The position numbers and the translations under genes were made by a program. This document shows, piece after piece, positions 48,415-60,857 of a stretch of 64,000 nt of DNA (its first letter is position 1; the number at the start of each line of letters is the position of its first letter). Location: the NCBI RefSeq assembly GCF_006345805.1, contig NC_043020.1, forward strand, positions 22,444,001-22,508,000, read 5' to 3'. Origin of the DNA: Octopus sinensis (Eukaryota). Below the pieces are notes generated by a model. That model saw nothing but the letters and a program-made list of their open reading frames with translations. It searched no databases and was not told the origin of the DNA.

Positions 48415-50359
48415 TATTCTCGTTTGTGAGAGCAGTCGAGTTTATTTCAGTTATTCTCATTTTAAAAATCATCTCTGATTAATCGTTGAGAGGACATTGG
48501 TGTTGCCTTGGTGGAGCTTTGCACTCTCTGAGTGCTCTTATTATTATTATTATTACTATTTCATTTGTTTTTACATTCTAAGTTTAAATTCTGCCAAGAT
48601 CAACTTTGCCTTTCATCCTTTCAGGGTCAATAAATTAAGTACCAGTTATGCACTGAGGTTGACGCAATGGACTGGTCTCCTCTCCCAAATTTTCAGGCCT
48701 TGTGACTTTAGCGGAAAGGATTATTATTATTATTATTGTTGTTGTTGTTGTTCTAAACATTTAATTATATAGATCAAAAGACTATTTGCCCTCTGCAAGA
48801 ACCAGATATAAAGTTCATGCCAGACGCAGCATTTAAGTTTGTAAAGAAATTAAAAGTATTTTAACTCTACAGGATCTAAGCGATTATTTGTTAAAAGTTT
48901 CATTAAAAAGTTTCCATTTTTCTGGAAGTTATGAGGCAACAAAGTCGTGGAGTATACATCTGTAGTTATACCAAACTTTCTTTACAAATTTTGTGGGTTG
49001 TGATTTCAATGCAAGATTTACTTCTGTGGAGATTCACTTTAATTTAAAAATTATTAATAACACTTAGCAAATAGAAAACACTTAGGCCAGCCCTAAGTAA
49101 GGAAATAAACAATGCTGTTGAACAATGTTTCGTCATTTGTGTTTTTAGACACTCAAGGAGTGGTTGGCATTAGGAAGGGCATCCAGCTGTAGAAACACTG
49201 CCAGATCAGACTGGAGCCTGGTGCAGACCCTGGTCGAACTGTCCAACCCATGCTAGCACGGAAAATGGACGTTAAACAATGATGATGATAATGATGTAGT
49301 TTAAGGAAAATTTGGCTGTTATTTCTAGCAGGTCATGTGAGCATGTATAGGTGTAGAGTGACCGTACGTATAGGAGATGGTGATAAATGTATCCTTTTTG
49401 AACGCCGAATGGTTGCCTTACAAAAGAAGCCAAAATACAAGTGCCAAAAGGAATAAGAAAACACAACCATATAATGTAAGAGAGAAAAGGTTTTATTTAT
49501 AGGTTTTGATAATGTGGGTAGCAGAGTGTGTGTTCATGAGTGCAACAAGTGTGTGTCTGTGTTCGTGTCATAAGAGTGTCTGTACGTGTGTGCGTTATAA
49601 GTGTGAGATAACAATACAGAGCATAGAAAGAGTGTCCAGACACAAATGGAGATAATTACCAGTTTGTAGTAACGAACACAATAGTATTAGTTCTATATCA
49701 ATGAAGTTGGTAGTCACAAGGCAGATGCCAGTTGAACACATTGTGTAGCAGTTGTGGCTTCAATGCTGTGCCAGGTTACTTTGGTACAGAAAGTTCTTGC
49801 AGGTAGACTGAGCTGTTAACCTTGGTAAGTATTCACAACAGCGTAAAGTTAAACCTGGGTGATGTTAAAGGCTTTTAAAGGGTTTAGGTGGCTCAAACAA
49901 GGCATTAGAAAAACAGTGTCACGGGACCTTATCTGAAGGTTGCGATTGGTTGGTTTACACATTGGCACAAAATAAAGCAAGAGGTAAAACTGTACCAAAA
50001 CCAACCAATCAGGGTAGTGGACACAACAGGGCCTAAGCAGCCAAAGGATGGCTGCTATCTGCCACGACATTTGTATGATGTCTCTCAAAGAGGGACATTG
50101 TATTTCACTAAATGCTACATAGGTTTGTGTGGCGATCAGCCCAAACAATATGCAGTGAAATGGAGGCTGCCAATTGGCTAAAATTATGTAAGTATAGATG
50201 TTTGCAACTTCTTAATAACTAATTTCTGGGAAAAAAAGAAAAGAAATTAAATAAATAAAAGCTATTATCATCATCAGCATGCAAAACTACAACAAAACTA
50301 ATCTAGTAAAAACTGAAAGTAATCTGTACTAGTTCCTTAATCCAGCTACGGTATGCTTC

Positions 50360-50600
50360 CCAAGTCAAAATAGACTTGTTCATCTTCCAGTGGCCAGATC
50401 CTCGCTTAACTGTACTATGTTCAGCTTACACTTAACCATTCTATGGTCAGTGTAGGACACTTGAACAAGCTGTGGACAACTAAAACTAGCCTTATCTCTA
50501 GTTCTTATAACTATCCTAAGTAAGACTTGAACCTTCTGTCGCCATTCATCCAGATCCACTCTGGGACGTTCAGATGGTCAAGCTTGTAATAATCTGCTAG
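50360..50600 (-). mobile_element. L1/Tx1-type ORF2 remnant (end of the APE endonuclease)
   Basis: Degenerate PEWIWMNGDRRFKSYL, SYTDHRMV and RGSGHWKMNKSIL motifs; split from ORF1 by a TTAA-MITE fragment (~50590-50765). Confidence 0.7.
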
Positions 50601-50796
50601 CTGGAAGTTTTGAATTAAAATTTTCCATCAAACCTTAGTCACAATTTATGTCCCTAACACTAGCTGAATGATAACTAAGTTATTTTACTAAATTCTTTGT
50701 TATACTTAAAGTAATTGAAAGAAATACAGAGCATCTCAAAATAAATACAGTAACAAAAGGGTTAAGAGAAGTCATTACAAAAAGCAAAGGTTCTAC

Positions 50797-51985
50797 TTAC
50801 TCATTGACTGGAGAAGATGGAGCCGACCTCACTTCACATGGGGCAGCCCCATCCTTCAAATAGTTGGGTAGAACCATAATCCTCCAGATGGCCAAAGGTT
50901 TCCTATTCTTCAATTCCTTGTACAGGGTTTCCCATATCCAGGCACACCTTTGTTTCAAGTCCTTATGTAAAGGGTAAAGTTTTGTTGAGTGATGTAGCAC
51001 GATAATATCATTTACATATCTGTTCTGAATATCATATTCAATTAGTATTGTCTCTTTTTTTTCGGGGACAGTTGTGAGTGGTCTTTTTTTGTTTGTTTGT
51101 GGTGTTTCGTCTTGGTTTTTTGTAGCAGATGGGGATGGTACACGTCTTCTTTTTCTCAATACAGTGAACTCTCCCGCTGTCCCTTCCATGGTGTCAGCCG
51201 GGGGAGTATCACTTTCCACTTCTGATCCCAAAACTTCCAAGTTTATCCTTTCTCCTTTCTTCACAGTCGACACGAATGTGACTCTTTTCCCCACATTCGT
51301 AACAGGTGGATTTCTTGCCTTCCACCCGAACCTTAAGGATCACATTCTCGCCCACGAGTACTCTATCAGGAAGCATTTCGATATCCTCTGGTGCCCCCTT
51401 AATGATGGCTGAAATGCTCTGCCCAAGCCAATTCTGTGGGGCAGAGCATGTTATTTGTAAAAACTTTATTTTGTCCGTCCTGTTAAACAACATGGCGGCC
51501 ATTACCTCCCTAGGGTCGATTTGCGGTGGTACTTCTGTCACCCTCACACGGCAAGTACACTTCCCCATGTAGGTTGGCAGAAGCACCACCTCCTTTGTTT
51601 TCAGGGGGTTCACAGAGTACCCACGGGCTATTTCTTCGGTTGAAAATCTTACCTCAACAGTTCCATACATCTTACCCCTAGCAATGTAGGTCACGTCCCT
51701 CCACACTGGGGCCAGACACTTTTCTATCTTGTCCTTTTCAAATTGCATAGATCTTTTGTTTTCTGGACAGTATGATTTAAACATAACAGTCTTCCGTTCT
51801 ATTTCCATTGCGTTGGAGGCAGGTGGTATTTTTACATCTCCGTCCTCCTCCTTCATTCTTCCAAAAAATTCTTGTAATTTTTCTACCGGAATGTCAATGG
51901 TTTCTGTTTCCACTGCGGCAACCCCCGAAAAATTTTTGACTGGCTCATCCAGTTTGCTTTCTTCATTAAATATTTCAACCGACAT
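50797..51985 (-). mobile_element. L1/Tx1-type ORF1 (gag-like) with CCHC knuckle and one frameshift
   Basis: 258-aa ORF ending CYECGEKSHIRVDC (CX2CX4HX4C); the overlapping 165-aa ORF continues it; APE remnant downstream. Confidence 0.75.
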
Positions 51986-52809
51986 ACTTGGCCGAAATTA
52001 ATTCAATGCACAAAAATTAATATCTTAGGAATCCCAAAAAAGGAAAACCTATAATATATTTTTCTCCTCTAACTGAAGGTAACAGTTCAAATCCTACCCC
52101 TATTGTGGGGCCGAGTGAAACAAAGCCTACAACGGTTTTGACAAGTTTCAAAGTTCGACAATTCAACAATGTTCAATAAAAATAGGAATATAATACAGCT
52201 TTCCAAAGTGGAAACCTATATTAAATTTTCCTCTAACAGACGACAACAGTTCAAATCCCACCCCCACTGATGGTGGGGCGCACAACAATAAAGCCTACGA
52301 CGGCTTAACAAAGTTCAGTTTTTTAACAAGAAAAAATTTTAAAAAATTCCAAATGTTTTTGCAGAAAATAGTTCTTACCTTCGCCAGCACCGGGAAACAG
52401 TACAATCCAATAAGCGTAAAATTAATCCAATAACAAAAACACAGTCCACAAACGATAAATCCTACAACGAGCAAGCACTTCCAACTTGCAGCGAAAGCAG
52501 ATATGTCTTTATCAGAAGCGGGAGAAAGCTTCTTTATTTCATAAATATTTGCTATACAAGAATTACAAAGAGGAGACAAACGTAAAATGGGGAAGAAGCT
52601 GCTACAATTTAAAAGTCTTTTTTTATTATTATTAATGATAAATTACGATTTAAATTACAGTAAAAATTTAAAAGTACAATGATATCATATTGCCACGTGC
52701 AATTTATCTCCTGAAGGAAAGGCACCCCGACCGCCAGTGTAGAACCTTTACTTTTTTGCCGGGGCACCACTTACTTGGTGCCAATCACTCCCAGACTAGT
52801 TCCAATCCC

Positions 52810-53518
52810 GGCGTAACTTCAGTATACGTACCGTATACATTTCAAGAAAGTGTTTTATATATATACTAGCAGTATCGCCCGGCGTTGCTCGGATTTGTAA
52901 GGGAAATAACTATATAAGCATTTTTAGAGAGTTATAGCCAAAAAATAGCAAAAAAAATGGAAAGAAATGATGGTAAATTATTTTAAAAATCGTAGACTCA
53001 TCGTAGACGCGTGCTAATACCCAGAAGGGCTCGATATGAATCACGACTATAAGATACCCGGTTTTGGTTAAACTGCACCGCAAAATGTGGGAGTAGTTAG
53101 GAATCTAAATCGTAGGAGACAGACACACAACTTTACTTTTATATATATATTTAATATTTAATTCTTATGCTTTCCTAAAAACTTGATTTCGAAATGTGCG
53201 TCCGTAGATAACTTAAAATTGTATGATAGATTGCCGTCAATTCATTCTCTCTTACCTGTTTGTGTCTGCCTTCCAATTGCTGTTTTTACTGAGATCTCCC
53301 TTTTTAGTAGAAGAAATAGCTATAACTCTTTGACTGCTATTTCTAAATTCGGTATGTGGTAAGGCAATTCGTTGCTAAACCCTTTATTGCTTAGTATTAC
53401 TTATATATATATATATATATATGGGGCGTTAGGGGTGGAAGAAAAGGGTTTCTGTTATCTTCAGAAATGTAAACAAAGCCACTTCCGGTACTTACAGGAC
53501 GTATACCGAAGGATCGTC
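52810..53518. mobile_element. GGCG-family MITE split by nested insertions, 8-bp TSD
   Basis: Ends ggcgtaacttc...gaaggatcgtc; TSD ccaatccc at 52802-52809 and 53519-53526. Confidence 0.65.
52865..53150 (+). mobile_element. Non-autonomous Helentron/HINE-like element
   Basis: Starts actagcagtatcgcccggcgttgctcgg inside a (TA)n run and ends acttttatatata. Confidence 0.6.
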
Positions 53519-53699
53519 CCAATCCCGACCCCGCTAGGGGCAGAGCAGAAGTACAAAGTTCTGAAACGACTTAAAACAATTCGAATTTTTACACAAAATT
53601 CAAAAAAAAAAAAAAGTAATGCCACAATTTCCACGGAAATAAGTTAACAGTTCCTATTTCCCGGTATTCAGGGGAATAGTAAAAAATACGACGGTAAGA

Positions 53700-54077
53700 A
53701 TCTCTCTCTATATAAACGGCAGTTTGTCTGTGCGTGTTTCTGTGTGTCTGTTTGCTTGTACCCTCACCCTGACCACGGCTTTCAACCGATTCTGATGAAA
53801 CTTGACACACACATAGCCCAATGTCATTATTCAAAACTAACGCAGCGAAAATTTTGAAAAGTTCCCCCAGTTCTGAAAAAAATCGATAAATTCGACATGG
53901 GGTCGAGAATCAGAAACACGAACCACAAACTGTCTAGGGGTCGCAACTCCACCTTTTTTAAATCTCAAAAAAAAATTTACCATAATTTTTTTTCCATTTT
54001 TTTGGCTATAACTCTCTAAAAATGCTTTATAGTTATTTCCCTTACAAACCTGAGCAACGCCGGGCGATACTGCTAGT
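53700..54077 (-). mobile_element. Second Helentron/HINE-like copy, inverted
   Basis: ccgggcgatactgctagt end; the terminal ~100 bp match 52865-52985 in reverse. Confidence 0.6.
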
Positions 54078-54324
54078 CCAAAATAAATGGAATCCAACAA
54101 AAAAACAAAATGCTTACCAACACACAAAAATTTTAAAAAACACGACCACATCGTATGAACGGAAGCAACTCCACCCTTTTATTATTTTATAAAAAATAAA
54201 ATTTCATCAGTTGCTTCCTTCTATTGTATAATATCCTATTAATATTCTAAGACTGAAGAAGGCTTTTCTCTTTCGTTTTTAAAATGCGTTGATTACAATT
54301 ACACCTTAAATTATACCCTTATAA

Positions 54325-54460
54325 ATGTTTCGTATCGAAACTGCGGCTTAAGTCCTGCAAGTCAGCTCCACTTGTTCTCTGTGACGAGACAGGAATTTGA
54401 TGTAATTAAATCATTTTTGTGAACCTGAATCCAATTAAGAAATGATTTCTTCGCCAAACG
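54325..54460 (+). promoter_or_regulatory. Putative non-coding first exon of ZNF-D
   Basis: tatcgaaactgcggct motif; donor aaacg|gtaag at 54460/54461, followed by the conserved tttaatgctgtaataa. Confidence 0.55.
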
Positions 54461-54642
54461 GTAAGTTGACCAACATTTCTTTAATGCTGTAATAACGTAT
54501 ATAAATAGTAGGACTGTGTTACAATTGGAGGTTATTGTAGTTATATAAAAATGAAGATATTTCGATGGTAAAATATATTTTCTTCAGGGAAATAGTAATT
54601 CTATGGGTGTAGAGCCCAGACAAGAAATAAGTTACAGGAATA

Positions 54643-55051
54643 GGATCTTTTCGGTTTGACCGGCAGTTTTTAACATAATTTCCACGTAACTAAACACTTT
54701 TAAACTTCGTATACTGGTAGAATGTGTTTATAAAACATCTTTTTCTCTTGGCTTTATTGAGAAAATTCTATGGTTTGTAAGATATTTGTTGTTTTTTTCT
54801 TCAATTTCAACCAATCAATGACGTCCATTGAGGTAAAAAAAACACACATTCTGCGCCGTATGAATATGTCCCTCGTTTAAGAAACAGATTGGGTTTATTT
54901 ACATTTATGAAGAAGAAAAAAGATACCCTTCCCCCCAACCCTAACCCTAAAACAAATTGAAATGCAATACATCGATACTAGGGTCATAAATATAGGTGAC
55001 AATTTCATATGACACCGCTAGAAAAAACTGCCGTTTAAACCGAAAAGATCC
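54643..55051. mobile_element. Full-length 409-bp GGATCTTTTCGG-family MITE
   Basis: ~29-bp TIRs at both ends; other partial copies at ~16490, 25835, 27400 and 61858. Confidence 0.85.
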
Positions 55052-55515
55052 AATAAGGGTAAAATTTTCGTGTCCGGACCAAAATATGGGATTTGCAGCA
55101 TATTACGAGGTCAGGGTACTTGATTCCACGCAAAAAATCCGAGGGTTTTTTTGTTTTTTTTCTTAGTGAAAATCGTGCGGGTGTTACTCGAAAATTTTAC
55201 CGAAGTAAGTTACAGGAATACTATGTTTAACACGCTTCCTTTTGTATGTTAATGTCGCCCGCTTGTTTTAAAGTATGGCCTTGAATACATACAAGCTCAT
55301 TCAATGCTAGGTTCCACAGTGGATAAACTCTCCTTAAATATTGCTAGAAATTATTGAGCCACTTCCTGCTGAGAATGATTTACGATACGTCTCTGTGATA
55401 GGGTTTCTTCCCTTGTAATGAATACAGTTAATCGTTGGGTAGGCCGCATTTTGAGGTGTTCTTCGTGTTCCATCCAATTTTCCCTTCTTCATTCATCCAG
55501 ATTGTTTCTTTTTAT

Positions 55516-55680
55516 GGCGATCCTTCGGTATACGTACCGTAAGTACCTTTGTTTACATTTCTGAAGACAACAGAAACCCTTTTCTCCCATCCCTGACTCT
55601 AACCCCCGATATATATATATATAAAACACACTTTCTTGGAATGTATCCGGTACTTCCGGTACCTATACCGAAGTTACGCC
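55516..55680. mobile_element. GGCG-family MITE
   Basis: ggcgatccttcggtata...tataccgaagttacgcc; flanking tctttttat duplicated. Confidence 0.8.
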
Positions 55681-56096
55681 CTCTTTTTATAACTGCTATT
55701 CAGTTCATAATACCTATGAAAGCATTTTCACTTTGGTTATAGATCTGGGGGATATAGAACAACGGTGAGCCAACGGGATGGAACTATGTGGTTAGTCGAT
55801 TCCTTTGAAACAGGAGCCAGATCTATAAATTGCACCTTACCAGCTTGATAAGCGAGAGGCATACTAGACAATGTATTCCTAGTTCGACAGTGTCAGAGTG
55901 AAGGATGGGAATGTCATGATTTCTGTGTTTGATCATAGGTCTGCTTAGATAAAAGATGTTTCCAGAGAGAGAGAAAACCGTTATTGTCTACTATTCTATA
56001 AATTTTGTTATGACTATAAGCGTAGATTGTTAGGTGTAATAGTTGATCTTATCCTAGGATTGACCCTGTCTCCGTAAGCCAGAATATTTACATGTG

Positions 56097-56402
56097 TGGG
56101 GCACGTGGCCTAGTGGTTAGAGCAGCAGACTCGCAGCTGAGAGATCGCGGGTTTGAATCTCAGACCGGGCGATGTGTGTGTTTATGAGCGAAACACCTAA
56201 GCTCCATGCTGCTCTGGCTGAAGGTAATGGCGAAACTTCTGCTGACTCTTTCGCCAAAACTTTCACTCTTTCCTCCTGCATCTTGCAGCTCACCTGCGAT
56301 GGACCGGCGTCTCATCCAGGTGAGGAACCTATACACCAAGGAAACCGGGAAACCGGCCCTTATGAGCCAGGCATGACTCGAGAAGGAACAAACAACAACA
56401 AT
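56097..56402 (+). mobile_element. tRNA-headed SINE (family 5)
   Basis: A-box tggcctagtgg, B-box-like ggtttgaatc, (CAA)n tail; same family as 29087. Confidence 0.85.
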
Positions 56403-56478
56403 GTTTATATATACTCTGCTAGAATGGTAATGAAGTAGTGACATTACAAAAAGAATACCAATGTGGAGAATATAAGGT

Positions 56479-56872
56479 GCAGGAGTGGCTGTGTGGTAAG
56501 TAGCTTGCTTACCAGCCACATGGTTCCGGGTTCAGTCCCACTGCGTGGCATCTTGAGCAAGTGTCTTTTGCTTTAGCCCCGGGCCGACCAATGCCTTGTG
56601 AGTGGATTTGGTAGACGGAAACTGAAAGAAGCCTGTCGTATATATGTATATATATATATAAGTGTGTGTGTATGTGTTTGTGTGTCTGTGTTTGTCCCCC
56701 TAGCATTGCTGATGCTGGTGTGTTTATGTCCCCGTCACTTAGCGGTTCGGCAAAAGAGACTGATAGAATAAGTACTGGGCTTACAAAGAATAAGTCCCGG
56801 GGTCGAGTTGCTCGACTAAAGGCGGTGCTCCAGCATGGCCGCAGTCAAAGGACTGAAACAAGTAAAAGAGAG
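56479..56872 (+). mobile_element. SINE family 1
   Basis: aggagtggctgtgtggtaagtagcttgc...gactgaaacaagtaaaaga. Confidence 0.88.
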
Positions 56873-57086
56873 AGATTCAGTTCCAAATTCTGAGAATATT
56901 ACTGAATATGAGAAGCATCTGAAGAAGTCCTGAACAGCCAAAGACACTAAACCGTGTAACATGTAAACTCATTATTGTTGTAATATATGTAATGTTACAC
57001 AATCTGGAAGTGTATCTGTAGTTTGTAAATGTGTAAATTTAACACAACTTTTTTTGATGTAATTTAAATAACAAATTAAAATGTAA

Positions 57087-57245
<159 letters not shown>

Positions 57246-58000
57246 ATAGTTTATGACTATAAGTAAAATTTGACTGTTGAATCCTTATTTCTTAATTATC
57301 TTCAATATCTTATACTGTTTCTCTATAATTTCAGAATATCAGATGACATTGACATCGAAGATATATCATTAATATTTATCGCCATTTACAGATAAAAGAG
57401 AGATTTTATAATGAAGAGCTGCATCTCTCTTTGCATCAATTTATCTGAGAGTTATTGAGACTTATTTCTTCCAAGTGATACATTTCTCTTCTATTGAGTC
57501 AAGTACGTCCACACCAACATCAAAATCAAAATCAAATGGAAATTGTAGTTATGATACCCGTGCTAACGTTTCTGCCAGCTCGTCGCCAGTACCGCCTGAC
57601 TGGTGTCTGTGTCGGTAACACCTAAAAAGCACCAACTGATTGTGGCCGTTTGCCAGCCTCCTTTCCAACATCCAGAACAGGCATGGGCAACCTTTCTTGT
57701 GAAGCAGGCAACATGAAACATGGTTTCCCATCTAGTGGGCTGCACTACTCAGAATAATAATGGTAATGTTTTTTGTTAGGCATGTCATTTAGAAGGTCCC
57801 ACTGGTCTGGAAGGTGTACAAGATGATTTTGTTTTCCAGTTAAGTCTGGACAAATTCAAAAAGTAGTTTGCCTCTCTTTTCTGATACTAACAGAGACAAC
57901 AGTTGATTACAAATATTACAGGATAAAAGTTGTGATCAATGCAATAACAGAGCTGAAAATATCAATGTAATTGTCGTCAGAAAAGAAAATTTATAGAAGA

Positions 58001-59875
58001 ATGGATTCTCCTGAAGAATTGTCAAAGAAGGTGGGAAAATCATCATATTCCTGTAATATCTGTCAAAAGACATTCTCTTTAAAAAGCAGCCTTACTAATC
58101 ATAAAATTATTCACTCAGGAGAGAAACGACATAACTGTGATATCTGTGGTAAAGCCTTCTCCAGATTACAAACCTTAATTACTCATAAACGTATCCATAC
58201 TGGAGAAAAGCCTTATGAATGTAATATCTGTGGTAAATCATTCTCTGTCAGAAGTCATTTAGCTGATCACATACGTACTCATACAGGTGAAAAGCCATAT
58301 CATTGCGATATCTGCGGAAAGTCATTCTCTCGAAGTAATGGCCTAACTAGGCACATTCGTGTTCACACAGGCGAGAAGCCATATCAGTGTAACATTTGTG
58401 GTGAATCATTCTCTGAAAAAGGTAATTTAACTAAGCACATATACATTCATACAGGTGAAAAGTTGTACCACTGTGAGATCTGTGGAAAATCATTCTTTCA
58501 GAAAGTTCATTTAAATTCTCACAAATATGTTCATACTGGAGAGAAACCATATCACTGTGATGTCTGTGGTAAATCCTTCACTGATAGAAATACTTTAATT
58601 AAGCACAAACTCATTCATACGGGAGTGAGACCACATCCCTGCGATATCTGTGGTAAGTCATTCGCTAAGGGCAGTACATTAAATATTCACAAACGTATTC
58701 ATACAGGAAATAAACCGTATCACTGTGATATCTGTGGTAAATCATACTCGCAAAATAGTGAACTGACTTTACACAAGAGACGTATTCATACAAGAGAAAA
58801 GCCATATCAGTGTGAATTCTGTGGCAAATCCTTCACTGACGGAACTGGATTAACTGTTCACAGACGTATTCATACAGGGGAAAAGCCATATCACTGTAGT
58901 ATCTGTAGCAAGTCATTCGCATGTGCAGGTTCCTTAACTGCTCACATACGCATTCATTCAGGTGAAAAACCATATCATTGTGATATTTGTGATAAATCGT
59001 TCACCTATGGTAGTTCATTAGCTTATCACAAACGTGGTCATTCAGGAGAAAAGCCGTATCACCCTGGTAAATCATTCTCTGGAACAAGTCGTTTAACGAG
59101 ACGTAAGAGGCACATTCGTAAAAGAAAGAAAACCTATCGCTGCGATACTTGTGGTAAATCATTCACTGATGGAAGTGTGTTAATTGTTCACAAACGTATT
59201 CATACAGGTGAGAAACCATATCACTGTAATACCTGTGGTAAATCATTTTCCCAAAGTTCTGGCCTAATTAGGCACAGACGTATTCATACAGGTGAGAAAC
59301 CATATCACTGTGACACTTGTGGCAATTCGTTTACTGATGGACGTACGTTAACCTCTCATAAACGTATGCATACAGGGGAAAAACCATATCACTGTGATAT
59401 CTGTGGTATGTCATTCTCTGAAACATATAATTTAACTAAACACAAATACACTCATACAGGAGAAAAGCTATATCACTGTGATGTCTGTGGTAAATCCTTC
59501 TCTCAGACAAGTCACTTAACTGTCCACAGTCGTACTCATACAGGTGAGAAACCTTATCATTGTGACATCTGTAATAAATCTTTTTCTCAAACTGCTCATC
59601 TAACAATTCATAAACGTACTCATACAGGTGAGAAACTGTATCACTGTGATATCTGCGGTAAATCTTTCTCTCAGACAGGTCATTTAACAATTCACCGACG
59701 TATCCATACAGGGGAGAAACCCTATCAGTGTGATATCTGTGGTAAATCATTCTTCCAAAACAGCGATGTGACCAAGCACAAACGCATTCATACAGGGGAA
59801 AGGCCTCACCACTGTAATATCTGTGGTAAATCATTTTCTGGAAGTACTTCCTTAACGATTCACAAATGCATTTAA
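58001..59875 (+). CDS. ZNF-D: C2H2 polydactyl protein, 624 aa from the ATG, 20 intact fingers plus one internal degenerate and one truncated terminal finger
   Basis: ATG at 58001 (the track's 57971 start is TTG); acceptor at 57334. Confidence 0.95.
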   Translation: MDSPEELSKKVGKSSYSCNICQKTFSLKSSLTNHKIIHSGEKRHNCDICGKAFSRLQTLITHKRIHTGEKPYECNICGKSFSVRSHLADHIRTHTGEKPYHCDICGKSFSRSNGLTRHIRVHTGEKPYQCNICGESFSEKGNLTKHIYIHTGEKLYHCEICGKSFFQKVHLNSHKYVHTGEKPYHCDVCGKSFTDRNTLIKHKLIHTGVRPHPCDICGKSFAKGSTLNIHKRIHTGNKPYHCDICGKSYSQNSELTLHKRRIHTREKPYQCEFCGKSFTDGTGLTVHRRIHTGEKPYHCSICSKSFACAGSLTAHIRIHSGEKPYHCDICDKSFTYGSSLAYHKRGHSGEKPYHPGKSFSGTSRLTRRKRHIRKRKKTYRCDTCGKSFTDGSVLIVHKRIHTGEKPYHCNTCGKSFSQSSGLIRHRRIHTGEKPYHCDTCGNSFTDGRTLTSHKRMHTGEKPYHCDICGMSFSETYNLTKHKYTHTGEKLYHCDVCGKSFSQTSHLTVHSRTHTGEKPYHCDICNKSFSQTAHLTIHKRTHTGEKLYHCDICGKSFSQTGHLTIHRRIHTGEKPYQCDICGKSFFQNSDVTKHKRIHTGERPHHCNICGKSFSGSTSLTIHKCI

Positions 59876-59936
59876 CCAGGAGAATAACCATATCACTGTA
59901 TCTGCAGTAAATAATTTTCTCAAAACCATGATTTAA

Positions 59937-60857
59937 CCCTCTTGCTACCAACCCAGCTGGCTCTGTTGTACAAATGTCTTGTTTTCATAAATTTTGAATT
60001 AAAATCTTCCACCAAACCTTAGTCACAATTTATGTTCGTAACACCAGCTTAATGATAACAAAGTTATTTTACTAAATTTTTTGTTATATTTAAAATTAAT
60101 TGAAAGAAACACAGAGCATCTCTGCAGAAATATGGTTACAAAAGGGTTAAGATATATAATAAAGAAACAATTCTTAACCCTTTTGATACCAACCCAGCTG
60201 AAACTGGTTCTGGCTCTGTTGTACAAATGTCTTGTTTTCATAAGTTTTGAATTAAAATCTTCCACCAAAACTTAGTCACAATTTATGTTCCTAACACCAG
60301 CTTAATGATAACAAAGTTATTTTACTAAATTCTTTGTTATGTCTAAAATAATTGAGAAAAACACAAAGCATCTCAAAATAAATGCAGTAATGAAAGGGGT
60401 TAAGCTAGTGTTTGGGACATAAATTAACATGAAATTTTATTGGAAGGTTTTAATTTAGACCAATTTGATCCTTTTGTTACCATATTTCAGTTGAAATGCA
60501 TTGCTTTTGTTTCAGTTAATTCTAACAGTATTGAAGAATTTTAGTTAAGTAATTTTGTTGAAATACGCTGCCTGTATTTCTATTAATTTTTTAAATAATG
60601 AAGAATTCAGTAAAAGAAACTTCGTCATCATTAACCCTTTCGTTACCAACCCAGCTGAAACCGGCTCTGGCTCTGTTGTACAAATGTCTTGTTTTCATAA
60701 GTTTTGAATTAAAATCTTCCACCAAACCTTAGTCACAATTTATGTTCCTAACACAAGCTGAATGATAACTAAGTTATTTTACTAAATTCTTTGTTATGTC
60801 TAAAAATAATTGAGAAAAACAGAAAGCATCTCAAAATAAAATACAGTAACGAAAGGG
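59937..60857 (+). mobile_element. Three same-orientation TTAA-flanked piggyBac-like MITEs (59937-60146, 60178-60399, 60635-60857)
   Basis: Each is TTAA|ccct...ggg|TTAA with a highly similar interior. Confidence 0.85.

Noticed and set aside
52370-53260. Minus-strand GTAAG donors (~52375, ~52778, ~53247) suggesting a divergent transcript
   Set aside because: No matching acceptors or coding signal; the motif is frequent by chance.
56097-56170. tRNA genes (also 29300-29376, 63873-63945)
   Set aside because: The A/B boxes are SINE heads followed by SINE bodies; no complete cloverleaf.
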